From: Candidatus Poribacteria bacterium
Lineage (GTDB): Bacteria > Poribacteria > WGA-4E > WGA-3G
NCBI GenBank assembly: GCA_963663765.2
Contig: CAXXUA010000005.1
Location: 640,001 to 704,000, forward strand
Length of the DNA: 64,000 bases
Direction: 5' to 3'
Numbering within the stretch: position 1 is the first letter of the stretch; every line of letters begins with the position of its first letter. The notes under the pieces are model-generated. The model made no database searches, was not told where the DNA came from, and saw nothing but the letters and a program-made list of their open reading frames with translations. The position numbers and the translations under genes were made by a program. Below are positions 29,606-39,314 of this stretch, one piece after another.

Positions 29606-30337
29606 TTACTCGTGACCACCAACTTCACCTATCTGAATTTCAATTTCATCACGATTACGAATCCGTTCTACAAGACCGTCACGAATATCTACAATCCTAT
29701 CAGATACATCAAGCATCTTTAGGTCGTGTGTTGCAGAAATTACAGTGACACCTTGTTCCGTATTCAGTTGTTTAATTAGGTCAATGATTTCGCGTCCAGT
29801 AATCGTGTCAAGGTTTGCTGTAGGTTCATCTGCAAGGATGATACTGGGATCATTAGCAAGTGCTCTTGCGATTGCAACACGTTGACGTTGACCGCCAGAA
29901 AGCTCATCAGGAAGGTGATACATTCTATCACCTAAGCCGACCCTATCCAGCAGTTTTTCTGCTTTTTCGTTACGCTGTTTTTCTGGGATTCCAGCAAAGA
30001 TCATGGGTAAGGTAACATTGCCGTGTGCTGTACGCACATTCAGTAAGTTGTAACTTTGAAAGATATAACCGACGCGGTGACATCGAAACGCTGCAATTTG
30101 ACGTTGGGAAAGCTGCGACATATTCTGACCATCAATATATACGTCACCTTCAGTGGGACGATCAAGCGCTCCGATCATGTTAAAGAGTGTAGATTTACCA
30201 GAACCAGAAGGTCCCATCAATGAGATATATTCTCCGCGCTCAATTTCAATATTGATACCGTCCAAGGCACGCAGAACATTTGAACCCATTCTATACTCTT
30301 TTACTACATCTTCAGTTTTTACAACAATATCTGGCAT
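29606..30337 (-). CDS. ABC transporter ATP-binding protein (LolD/MacB-like)
   Basis: GPSGSGKST, LSGGQRQR, ILADEPT; start 30337 after AAGGA. Confidence 0.92.
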   Translation of the reverse strand: MPDIVVKTEDVVKEYRMGSNVLRALDGINIEIERGEYISLMGPSGSGKSTLFNMIGALDRPTEGDVYIDGQNMSQLSQRQIAAFRCHRVGYIFQSYNLLNVRTAHGNVTLPMIFAGIPEKQRNEKAEKLLDRVGLGDRMYHLPDELSGGQRQRVAIARALANDPSIILADEPTANLDTITGREIIDLIKQLNTEQGVTVISATHDLKMLDVSDRIVDIRDGLVERIRNRDEIEIQIGEVGGHE

Positions 30338-30389
30338 AGTCAATCCTTCTGACATACTCCCCAAGCTAAAGCATGGGGGTTCTTAGTTC

Positions 30390-31580
30390 TTATATTGGAA
30401 ACGGTTTGAGTTGTTTCCAAACGACTTTTCCTGCTTCCGTGTCTCGTGCCCTTTCCTGAACAGCGTTGGGTCTTATTTGCACTCCACAGGCGTGACTTTC
30501 GGTGTGTCCCACCGTAGTTGGTTTCAAGTTTATTGCAGCGTTGACATCTCTATCTATAGACATATCACATTGACTGCAGTGATACATTCTTTCTGAAAGT
30601 GTAAGGTCTTTCTTTTTGTGTCCACAACCGGAACAGGTTTTACTACTTGCAAAGAACATATCTGCTTCTTTGACAGGTATACCGTGCACTTCTGCTTTTG
30701 TCTTGAGTTTTAGCAGGAAACTGCCTAATGCTGTATCTGACAATGCTTTTGCGAGGTTTCTGTTCTTCAGCATATTAGTAACCTTGAGTGTCTCAATACC
30801 GATCACAGATGCGAGGTTGACAATCTCTGTAGTTGCTTTATGATGTGCATCGTTTCGGATACAAGCGATACGATAGTAGATACGTTCTAACTTGTGTTTT
30901 TGTTTGAACCAGTTGTTAGACTTGAAAACGTTTCTACTTAATCTACGTTGTTCTCTTGCTAACTTCTTTTCATATCGTTTCAGGGGTCTTGGATTATCAT
31001 ATTTCGTGCCATCACTCAATGTGGCAAGTGTGTTTATGCCTACATCTATACCAATCACAGGGTGCGTTGAGTTATCAACTGCTTCGGTGTCCTCTGTTTC
31101 TATGGTGATAGATACAAACCAACGATGTGCTGTCCTTGAGATCGTCACTTTCATAATCTTACCCACAAAACGCAATGATTCAAACATGCTAATCCAACCA
31201 ATCTTAGGAAGTTTGATACGCTTACCTTCAACTTCTACAGATTGATTATTTGTGGTGAATGCGTCCTTTTTGCCACGCTTCTTGAACTTCGGAAACTTCG
31301 CACGCTTACCAACCCAATTCGCAAGCGCAGCAGACAAGTTACCAAATATGCTTTTATTGGCTACAACCTGATCCATATCTTTAGTCCAAGCATGTGCTTT
31401 CTTAGCAATATTAAATCGAGTGTTTAACTTCGCAGCGGATAAGAACTCATCATTTGCCAATGCAGACTTGAAATCTGCTAATGCATGATTATATGCAAAT
31501 CTCGCATAGCCACACTGTTGTGCAAACCATTTTCGTTGATTGTTATTTGGATTCAATGCAATCTTATGTGTTTTTAGCAT
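30390..31580 (-). CDS. tnpB: RNA-guided endonuclease TnpB
   Basis: GIDVG, IETL, CSGC/CSQC zinc finger, DRDVNAAINL; RuvC D-E-D intact. Confidence 0.95.
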   Translation of the reverse strand: MLKTHKIALNPNNNQRKWFAQQCGYARFAYNHALADFKSALANDEFLSAAKLNTRFNIAKKAHAWTKDMDQVVANKSIFGNLSAALANWVGKRAKFPKFKKRGKKDAFTTNNQSVEVEGKRIKLPKIGWISMFESLRFVGKIMKVTISRTAHRWFVSITIETEDTEAVDNSTHPVIGIDVGINTLATLSDGTKYDNPRPLKRYEKKLAREQRRLSRNVFKSNNWFKQKHKLERIYYRIACIRNDAHHKATTEIVNLASVIGIETLKVTNMLKNRNLAKALSDTALGSFLLKLKTKAEVHGIPVKEADMFFASSKTCSGCGHKKKDLTLSERMYHCSQCDMSIDRDVNAAINLKPTTVGHTESHACGVQIRPNAVQERARDTEAGKVVWKQLKPFPI

Positions 31581-31667
31581 GATGATATTCCAGTCCTATG
31601 AAGACGTCAGTTCCCTCTACTAAAGGTGTGTAGGTGTTAGTAGCACCTACACTGAACTGGTATAATG

Positions 31668-31696
31668 AGTATCTCATGGTTTAAACCAAAAATCAA
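31668..31696 (-). promoter_or_regulatory. Candidate sigma70 promoter for tnpB
   Basis: TTGATT-N17-GATACT on minus strand; overlapping palindromes ATGAG-N3-CTCAT and TGGTTTAAACCA; downstream hairpin 31628-31652. Confidence 0.4.
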
Positions 31697-31916
31697 GTTT
31701 TTTCTTGACACAAGCACTTAGCACGACTACATCCCACTACCTAAAGGTAGGGGTTTTGTCGTGATTCTTGATAACTTCTTCTAAATTGGTAAAGTTTGAA
31801 TATAATTATACACTTTCGTTCAACGGTAGGCGCGGTTTCCTAACCAATGCAGAATACCAAATGCGTATTCTGCCGAATTCAAAAATATGATTTATCAAAC
31901 TCACGTTACCATAGTA

Positions 31917-32594
31917 TTAGACTTCGGTTCGCATTGCTTCAGCAGGAGGAAGTTTCGCTGCACGCCATGCGGGAAACGATGATCCAATTACTGCCAAAAT
32001 CATGCCGAGTACGCATCCAAAAAGGATTAGCAGCAACACCCCTAATTGCATGGGACCGTTCTCAGGTCGTGCAGGTAATAAGGGGAAATAGAAGAACAGG
32101 TCCAGTCCATAATTCTTCAAACCTAATGCAACAGCACCCAATGTGCCAATTAGCGCTCCAATCAACGCACCAGCAAATCCTTGAAAACCCGACTCAAGCA
32201 GAAACAGACGCACAACAAACCCATCAAGCGCACCAAGGCATTTCATCGTCCCAATTTCACGAAATCTTTCAGTTACTGCCATTAACATTGAATTCGCAAT
32301 TCCTACAACGCAGACGATTAAGGACATGATAATCAACCAAATATCTTTCGTTGATATTCCTTGTTCAGATGTTTCGTCTATATTCGTGATGTCTGTACTC
32401 CTACCACTTTCCTGCAGTGCAAATTCAATCTCGTTATTAGCCCAGACAGAAACAAGAAATGCTATACCAAGTGTTATACCAGCTGTTGTGATAATAGACC
32501 TACCGAAACGTATTTTAAGGCTTTGGAAACTGATCCTTAGCGATTCTAAAAATGGAAGGTCAATTTGTTCCTCAATGGGTGCTTTCTGGTTCAA
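31917..32594 (-). CDS. FtsX-like ABC transporter permease
   Basis: VTERFREIGTMKCLGA, PAWRAAKLPPAEAMR. Confidence 0.88.
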   Translation of the reverse strand: MNQKAPIEEQIDLPFLESLRISFQSLKIRFGRSIITTAGITLGIAFLVSVWANNEIEFALQESGRSTDITNIDETSEQGISTKDIWLIIMSLIVCVVGIANSMLMAVTERFREIGTMKCLGALDGFVVRLFLLESGFQGFAGALIGALIGTLGAVALGLKNYGLDLFFYFPLLPARPENGPMQLGVLLLILFGCVLGMILAVIGSSFPAWRAAKLPPAEAMRTEV

Positions 32595-32676
32595 GATATT
32601 GTCTCCATAATAATAATTGTTTGTTGTAGTATTTTATCATGAATTCAAGAATAGGTCAAGAGGGTAGGATTATTAG

Positions 32677-33036
32677 CAGGGATATTCAGTTTTCAATATT
32701 TTTGATGATATTTTGCTATGACGTTAATTTTGTATGTTGCCATCTTGTCCGTGTCTTTAGTCCCGTAGGGACGATATGTTTATAGATAAATGTTATCTAA
32801 CTCTCTTGAGTTCAGTAGGAACGGCATAGAAGAATAAACAAATCGTCCCTACGGGACTAAAGAGCTGGGGAGGGTATTCGTTTTCTATAAACATATCGTC
32901 CCTACGGGACTAAAGAGCGATGTTCATGTTTCAATAATCTAAAATTGATGTATAAGGTGCAGTTAGGAAAACTCATTTGGGTATTAACTTTCAGTAAATC
33001 TCAATAACAGAAAACTCCTAAAACTGAACAACCCTG
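32677..33036. mobile_element. ISAs1-derived MITE (360 bp) with GTCCCGTAGGGACG REP-like cargo
   Basis: CAGGGATATTCAGTTTT..AAAACTCCTAAAACTGAACAACCCTG, resembling the ISAs1 ends; near-TSD ATTATTAG/ATTATTTAG; sister of 43056-43462. Confidence 0.85.
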
Positions 33037-33046
33037 ATTATTTAGG

Positions 33047-33321
33047 GGTGTGTAAAGTTTTTGCACAGAGGTACTAACTTTTGTTCTCTTTAGTCCCGTA
33101 GGGACGCAATGTTTATAGAAAGACGTTATCACATCCCCTCTCTTTAGTTCCGTAGGAACGACATAGAAGGATAAACATATCGTCCCTACGAATACACAAC
33201 TTGAACGTCAAAACTCATTAGGACTCTGTGTCCGCAATCTCTCATTTAATCAGTTGCGGCGGGGCGCAGAGACCTGCCCTACAATGGAGAGTGGGATGTT
33301 TTTGCAAAAACTTTACACACC
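33047..33321. mobile_element. MITE with TIR GGTGTGTAAAGTTTTTGCA
   Basis: Perfect 19-bp TIR; GTAGGGACG cargo; lone ends at ~1646-1660 and ~25694-25706; no clear TSD. Confidence 0.7.
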
Positions 33322-33422
33322 AGATTTTTAACAGTGATATTCAGTTTTCAATATTTTTGACAATATTTTATCACATTCGTTAACCCTTGAGTTAGCTTAT
33401 TTTACCGAAGCTAACTCAATCT

Positions 33423-33579
33423 TTATCTGAACCAGGATTTTCATGATTATAGGATTACCAAGATAAGAGTTTGAGTTATCAGACGTTCTTGTTATTGCTA
33501 GACTTGTCTAAGATTGCGCATACACATAGAGTTCATTCATTAAAAAAATCTTTGATAAGCGAAATCCTTGTTCAGACAA
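33423..33579. repeat. Inverted-repeat element TTATCTGAACCAGGATTT...AAATCCTTGTTCAGACAA
   Basis: 18-bp inverted pair with 2 mismatches; separate hairpin TTGAGTTAGCTT/AAGCTAACTCAA just upstream. Confidence 0.55.
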
Positions 33580-33746
33580 AAAAATATATACATCAAAATA
33601 AGCAAATAGGATTACTAACGTATGTGATAAAATCTATCCGAAAATCTTAAAACAAAATAATCCTGAAGAATTATATTGACTATTAATCTGTTGTACTCTA
33701 ATTTGGTATAATACGATATTTGTTCAACTGTCTATGGAGAAGTGAC

Positions 33747-35048
33747 ATGCGATTAATTGAAGGATTACTTGTTGGTATATCTGCAATTCGTTCAAACAAG
33801 ATGCGTTCTTTGCTGACGATGCTTGGGATCATCATAGGGGTTGCTTCAGTACTCGCAATGATATCCATTGGTGATGGCGCAAAAGAGATAGTCCTGCGCG
33901 ATGCACAAAAACTTGGGGGGGCAAACCAGTTCACTATCTACCGAACTTGGCATAAACAAGTGGGAACACGATGGGTAAGAGTCCGTAGTAATGAATATTT
34001 GGACTACGATGACGTTAAAGCAATTGAAGCTGAATGTCCAACAGTCAGAGCAGTAACCCCAAGGATACCTGAATGGAGAGGAGCATTAGTCCAAGCCGCT
34101 GGTGGTGCAGAAGCACGCGCAGGATATAACGGTGTTGACGCTACATACAATACTGCTATGGATTGGGAAACCCAGGAAGGAAGATTTATTACCGACGAAG
34201 ATGTCGAAAACGCAACAACAGTCTGTGTACTCGGGGCTGAGTTAGCAGTTGATCTGTTTGGTGAAAAATCACCGCTCGGACAAGAAATAAAAATCGCAAG
34301 AGGCGATGGACGCTATGACCGTTGGGGACGTAAGGATAACTCACGAACTACAGAACGCTTTACTGTGGTTGGCACAATGACTCCACGAGGAAGGAGTCTG
34401 CGCTTCGGTTGGAGCTACGACGGACTTGTCTTTATGCCCGTCACTACAACTCAAGAACGTTTTACAGGGGATGATAGAATTCAAGATGTTGTCGTTTATG
34501 CCAATACAGTTGAAGATGTACCAAAAGCAATCAATGAGGTGAAAGCAGTCATCCGAAAACGACACAAAAACCAAGATGATTTCATCAGAGTATTTGATAT
34601 GCGGGAAGGAATGGCACAACTGGAGAAAATCAGCAAAATGATTAAGATCGCATTGGGCAGTATCGCTGGATTTTCACTACTTGTTGGCGGTATCGGTATA
34701 ATGAATATGATGCTTGTTGCAGTAACTGAACGCACACGTGAAATTGGACTTCGCAAAGCTCTCGGCGCAACTCGGTTGGACATTCTAATCCAATTTCTAA
34801 TGGAATCCATTGCAATGTGTGGTTTAGGAGGATTGATTGGTATAGGATTAGGGGTCTTTGCGGGGCAAGGAATGTCAGTACTCGCAGTTAAAATCGCAAA
34901 GATTGTACCTGAATGGCCATCCATTGTTTCAACAAATTGGGTCGTGTTCTCTATCTCATTTTCTGCGTTAATTGGCATCTCGTTTGGATTATATCCAGCA
35001 ATAAAAGCATCATCTCTATCACCGATTGAAGCATTACGTACAGAATAA
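33747..35048 (+). CDS. MacB-like ABC transporter permease
   Basis: RSLLTMLGIIIGV, GGIGIMNMMLVAVTERTREIGLRKALGA, PIEALR. Confidence 0.92.
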   Translation: MRLIEGLLVGISAIRSNKMRSLLTMLGIIIGVASVLAMISIGDGAKEIVLRDAQKLGGANQFTIYRTWHKQVGTRWVRVRSNEYLDYDDVKAIEAECPTVRAVTPRIPEWRGALVQAAGGAEARAGYNGVDATYNTAMDWETQEGRFITDEDVENATTVCVLGAELAVDLFGEKSPLGQEIKIARGDGRYDRWGRKDNSRTTERFTVVGTMTPRGRSLRFGWSYDGLVFMPVTTTQERFTGDDRIQDVVVYANTVEDVPKAINEVKAVIRKRHKNQDDFIRVFDMREGMAQLEKISKMIKIALGSIAGFSLLVGGIGIMNMMLVAVTERTREIGLRKALGATRLDILIQFLMESIAMCGLGGLIGIGLGVFAGQGMSVLAVKIAKIVPEWPSIVSTNWVVFSISFSALIGISFGLYPAIKASSLSPIEALRTE

Positions 35049-35085
35049 AAAACTTCTTGAATTATATACTTTGTGAATTATAACA

Positions 35086-35778
35086 ATGGAGAACTATATG
35101 CAACGATTGGATATTCTACATCCATCTATTGATGATTATTTGCTTGACATAATCCCAGAACGCGATGAAGTACTTACGGAGATGGAAGCACACGCACACA
35201 CAAACCGTTTTCCAATAGTAGGACCCCTCGTCGGACGTGTGCTACACCAATTGATACTCCTGACAAATCCGACACGAATATTTGAGATGGGATCCGGTTT
35301 CGGGTATTCAGCCTATTGGATGGCAAAGGCATTGCGTAAACCTAATGCACGTATCATCTGTACTGACGGTTCACAAGAGAATGCCACCCGTGCTGTAGCC
35401 TATCTTGAGCGCGGTGGTATCGCTGAACGTATTGACTACCATGTCGGAAATGCACTTGAAATCATTGATGAAACTGAAGGTGAATTTGACATCATATACA
35501 ATGACATTGATAAAGAAGGTTATCCAGAAGCATTCCATAAAGCAATTCCACGAATCAGGAAAGGTGGTTTGTTTATCACTGATAACATGATCTGGGGTGG
35601 TAGAGTGGTGACGCAAGAACCGGGAAGTAGTACAGAAGGACTCACCGAGCGGGAAAAGTGGTTTCATGAAGCCACCGATGGTGTCAGAGAACTCACACGT
35701 TTACTCTACAATTCCCCCGAAGTATTCACCACTATAATTCCTTTGCGGGATGGGGTTTCAGTTGCAGTGAAAAAGTAA
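35086..35778 (+). CDS. O-methyltransferase (family 3)
   Basis: EMGSGFGYS, DIDKEGY, TDN, PLRDG. Confidence 0.88.
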   Translation: MENYMQRLDILHPSIDDYLLDIIPERDEVLTEMEAHAHTNRFPIVGPLVGRVLHQLILLTNPTRIFEMGSGFGYSAYWMAKALRKPNARIICTDGSQENATRAVAYLERGGIAERIDYHVGNALEIIDETEGEFDIIYNDIDKEGYPEAFHKAIPRIRKGGLFITDNMIWGGRVVTQEPGSSTEGLTEREKWFHEATDGVRELTRLLYNSPEVFTTIIPLRDGVSVAVKK

Positions 35779-35797
35779 TTTTGGAGGTTTGTGCTAA

Positions 35798-36052
35798 ATG
35801 GCTACGATGAAATGCCCCAGATGCGGATCTGAAAAAATCATGCCTAACTTATGGATTCGAGATCGATTTGAAGCATATCAGGGTGAAGACTTAGAAGTTG
35901 TGGTGGAAAGTAAACCAGATGCTCTTTTCTTCAAGGGAACACATAGAGAACCTTTGAGAGCAACGGTCTGTGGTGAATGCGGAAATGTTGGTCTTTCAGT
36001 GAATAATCCAGGAGCATTATGGGAAGTCTTTTCCCAAACAAAGAAAGGTTGA
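35798..36052 (+). CDS. Small zinc-ribbon protein
   Basis: CPRCGS..CGECG; GGAGG RBS. Confidence 0.75.
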   Translation: MATMKCPRCGSEKIMPNLWIRDRFEAYQGEDLEVVVESKPDALFFKGTHREPLRATVCGECGNVGLSVNNPGALWEVFSQTKKG

Positions 36053-36342
36053 TAAGGACTGATATATATACCAATATTATCGCAAGTACATCATGACCAT
36101 TTTGATGGATATTTCTACATGGTTGTTAAAAATACAGTTTCAATTGAATTATGTGATGCAGTCGTGGATGCCATAAGGCATATATACCTTAGATTAATTT
36201 ATTTGGTGAGTCCACACACACAAACCCCATCCTGCGCGACTTCTGCATTTCCGCAATAGAATCCCAATAGATTATACATGATATCTATTGTTCTCAAAAC
36301 AATAAACACAATAAACACACACAGCCATAAGGTATAATATAA

Positions 36343-36496
36343 TACCAATTCAAATAAATCTTGTCTCATTAAGGAATTCTACTGTTTACTGGCAGGGGGT
36401 TACTCTCTTCGGTAGGAGCGACCTCACGGTCGCGACCGGGAGGTCGCTCCTACCAGATTTCCGCTGCTAATGAGACATTATCACATGAAAATGGTG
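36343..36496 (+). mobile_element. 154-bp TACCA MITE
   Basis: Near-identical to 4362-4515; last base A>G; TAA/TTA flanks. Confidence 0.9.
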
Positions 36497-36587
36497 TTAT
36501 TAATATGAGTATCTTTCATTGACTTGACAAACAAACTCCTGCAATGTTAAACTTTAACGAATTAGTTTTAAAAAGAAGGCAAAAAAC

Positions 36588-37163
36588 ATGAAAAGACAAA
36601 ACCAATTTCAACAGAAGTCTTCACAACTTCAATTAATATACACTACTAAATGTTTTGTAACAATAGTTTCCATAATAATCTGTCTTACTATTATATCTTG
36701 TGGTAATTCTTATGAACTTGTTGGTAGTGATGAAGAAGTAAGAGTAAAAAATGAACTTGTAGATAGGTCATTTAGACAATTTGCACCCTCAGTAGGTGCA
36801 ACCAAACGTAAAGGCGTTATCATTGATTTCTTTGATTTTGAGGAGCAGACAATCAGTCTGTGGGCACAGTATTCTGAAGGTGATTATGCCAGAAATGAGT
36901 GGGAAGTATTTGCATCGGAATTTCGTGTTGAAAAAGGCGGATCGGAATATAGATTGTTTTTTAAAAACCCACAGTCAAAGCAGGTACTACCAAACAAATG
37001 TGATAATTGCATTGAATTAGAGGGTATTTCTATATCCATACGAAACTTATTTGATAAGGACGAAATTGAATTCAAAATAAATGATGAAGATGGCATCCTG
37101 ACTACTCCGTTTCCGGTCTTCAACTCTTGGACACGGTTTAGTGAAGATGAGTATTTTGAGTAA
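36588..37163 (+). CDS. Hypothetical lipoprotein
   Basis: Hydrophobic stretch ending IISC-G lipobox. Confidence 0.65.
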   Translation: MKRQNQFQQKSSQLQLIYTTKCFVTIVSIIICLTIISCGNSYELVGSDEEVRVKNELVDRSFRQFAPSVGATKRKGVIIDFFDFEEQTISLWAQYSEGDYARNEWEVFASEFRVEKGGSEYRLFFKNPQSKQVLPNKCDNCIELEGISISIRNLFDKDEIEFKINDEDGILTTPFPVFNSWTRFSEDEYFE

Positions 37164-37182
37164 ATTGTCAATAATCGGAATA

Positions 37183-37318
37183 CTCTTGTAGGAGGGGTTT
37201 TCAACCCCGATTTGAGAGGAAAAGCGTATAAAATCCAAATCAACGCCAGAAGCGCTTTAGGCTTCTGGCGGGGTTGAAAACCCCTCCCACAAGAGGTCAA
37301 AATCCTTAAATTGACGCT
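37183..37318. mobile_element. Partial GGCGTCAATTTAAG MITE with a 34-nt insert
   Basis: Matches ~1505-1606 except for an insert at 37235-37268. Confidence 0.75.
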
Positions 37319-37435
37319 TATGGAGCGGCATCCGCACCTACTAGTGACAATTAACATAATATTTCTAGCAAAATGAAGTTCATATATTTAATTTCAAACT
37401 CACGTTAAAAGGCAGTTCAAAGTAAGGAGTGAATT

Positions 37436-38218
37436 ATGCTTACGCAAGAACAAGTAGATTTTTACAATGAGAACGGTTATTTGAAGGTAGACGAACTTTT
37501 CACACCTGAGGAGACCGATGAACTTGCATCTGAAATGGTAAGTATCATCAATAACTGGGGTCAAGAAACTATCGGCTGGCCCGGCCCGTGGCGAACAAAA
37601 TATCTCAAAGAAGAAGACCAACAGACGACAAAAGCTGTATTTATGCATAACCCCCATTTTTATTCAGCTGCTTGGGGTAGAGTGATTTTTCACCAGCGTT
37701 TGACTGGTGCAGTCCAATCATTGATTGGCAATTCTATTCAGTGGCATCACACAGTGTTACATGCAAAACCGCCAGAGAAAGGCACACCGTTTCCTATGCA
37801 TCAAGATTATCCATTTTATCCACATGATGGACTTGATTTTGTGGATTGCCTCGTACACCTTGATGATGCCCCTTTTGAGAGTGGAGCACTTCGGGTAGTA
37901 CCAGGAAGTCATAAAGAGGGACCCCGAGAACACATTACTGGACAAGGAACAGCTCCGCATCTGCCTACTGACAAATTCCATCCAGATTTCATTGACTCAA
38001 TCCCGGTCCCAGCAAATGCAGGTGATGTCATCTTCTTCAGTTATTGTCTTATCCATTGGTCCGAGGTCAATCGGACAGATAAGTGGAGAAAAGCTGTCCG
38101 TTTCGGTTACCACACACCAGAGATGAGGCCGGTCGGTCGTGAACCAAATGAACCTTACAATAACATAATTGCTGGTGGTTTTAGAGTCAATCCCTCGGCT
38201 GGAGAAATCATGGCGTAA
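37436..38218 (+). CDS. PhyH-family dioxygenase
   Basis: FYNENGYL, PMHQD, GALRVVPGSH, LIHWS..N. Confidence 0.9.
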   Translation: MLTQEQVDFYNENGYLKVDELFTPEETDELASEMVSIINNWGQETIGWPGPWRTKYLKEEDQQTTKAVFMHNPHFYSAAWGRVIFHQRLTGAVQSLIGNSIQWHHTVLHAKPPEKGTPFPMHQDYPFYPHDGLDFVDCLVHLDDAPFESGALRVVPGSHKEGPREHITGQGTAPHLPTDKFHPDFIDSIPVPANAGDVIFFSYCLIHWSEVNRTDKWRKAVRFGYHTPEMRPVGREPNEPYNNIIAGGFRVNPSAGEIMA

Positions 38219-38347
38219 CATATCTATTTTATTGAACGTTTGATATTATGTCATTTCAAACAATGCACTCGCGAATACTCCAACACAAGTATGTCGTGAT
38301 GACAAGGATGGATTTAACCTTGATTTCGTGTAGATGTAATAAGAATA

Positions 38348-39275
38348 ATGAAAAAATTTCAATGTTTTTTTGCAGTTGTCTTAATTGGCTGGACAATTTC
38401 TTTCATGGGTTGTCAGAAGGCAAGTCATATTTTAGAACCAGTCTCGACTGAAGAAGAAACATCAGTCAAATTTCCTGATGTCAATTTAGCTAATGAAGTT
38501 CGTAAGGCACTAGACTTACCTAAAGGTGCTGATATTACCAAATCAAAATTGGGCAACATTAACAATTTTACAAATATTAACACAAAATAAGCCAACTGAG
38601 GCAGAACAGATATATGACCTCACAGGTTTAGAACATGCAACCCAGCTTAATTCTCTAAGAATTAGAAATAATAAAATCAATGATGTCAGTCTACTTTCAC
38701 ACTTGAAACAACTGGATTATTTAGAACTCAGTGGTATTGAAATCAGCGACATCAGTCTAATTTCAGAACTGACACAACTTAGATATTTATATCTCAGGGA
38801 TAATAGAATTAGTGACATCAGTCTAATTTCACACATGACACAATTGATAGATTTAGCATTAGACAACAATGAAATCAGTGATATTAGTTCACTCGCGGAA
38901 TTAGCACAACTTAAAAATCTTTATCTCTCAGGTAATGAAATCAGTGATTTTCGTCCAATTGCCGGATTAATCAATCTGGTTGAATTGAATTTACTAACAA
39001 CAAAATTTGAAGACACTCGCGTACTTAATCACTTGACACACTTGACACATTTAAATCTCGGCGGGAATCAAATCAATGACATCAGTCCAATAACAGGATT
39101 AACACAACTAACAGTTTTATACCTCAATAAAAATGAAATTAGTGACATCAGTCCGATAACAGGATTGGTAAATCTTAGGTTTTTATTTTTTGAGGGAAAT
39201 CCGATAACTGATAAGACACCACTTCACACATTACTTGAGAAGAATCCAAATGTAGATATTGATATCAACGATTAA
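38348..39275 (+). pseudogene. Internalin-like LRR lipoprotein with +1 frameshift at ~38551 (possibly a sequencing error)
   Basis: FMGC lipobox and FPDVNLANEVRKAL cap; ~9 22-aa LRRs in the next frame; removing one G from TTGGGC gives SKLATLTILQ. Confidence 0.8.
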
Positions 39276-39314
39276 CACCTTTCTAAGAATAAATTAAGGT
39301 GAAATGGAGGAATA

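Larger units (their letters stand above)
30349..31770 (-). mobile_element. tnpB-only IS200/IS605 (IS1341-like) element, copy 1 (1422 bp)
   Basis: Boundaries from 4 copies: TTAT|CAAGAATC..LE hairpin and RE hairpin..ATGTCAG|; no TSD. Confidence 0.93.

Noticed and set aside
30349-31770. IStron or catalytically dead TnpB repressor (TldR)
   Set aside because: The leader is only ~190 bp with no group I intron core, insertions are intergenic, RuvC D-E-D is intact and guides differ per copy.
36060-36335. Possible IS remnant with TATACC/GGTATA ends
   Set aside because: Inverted match too short; no recognisable ORF or second copy.
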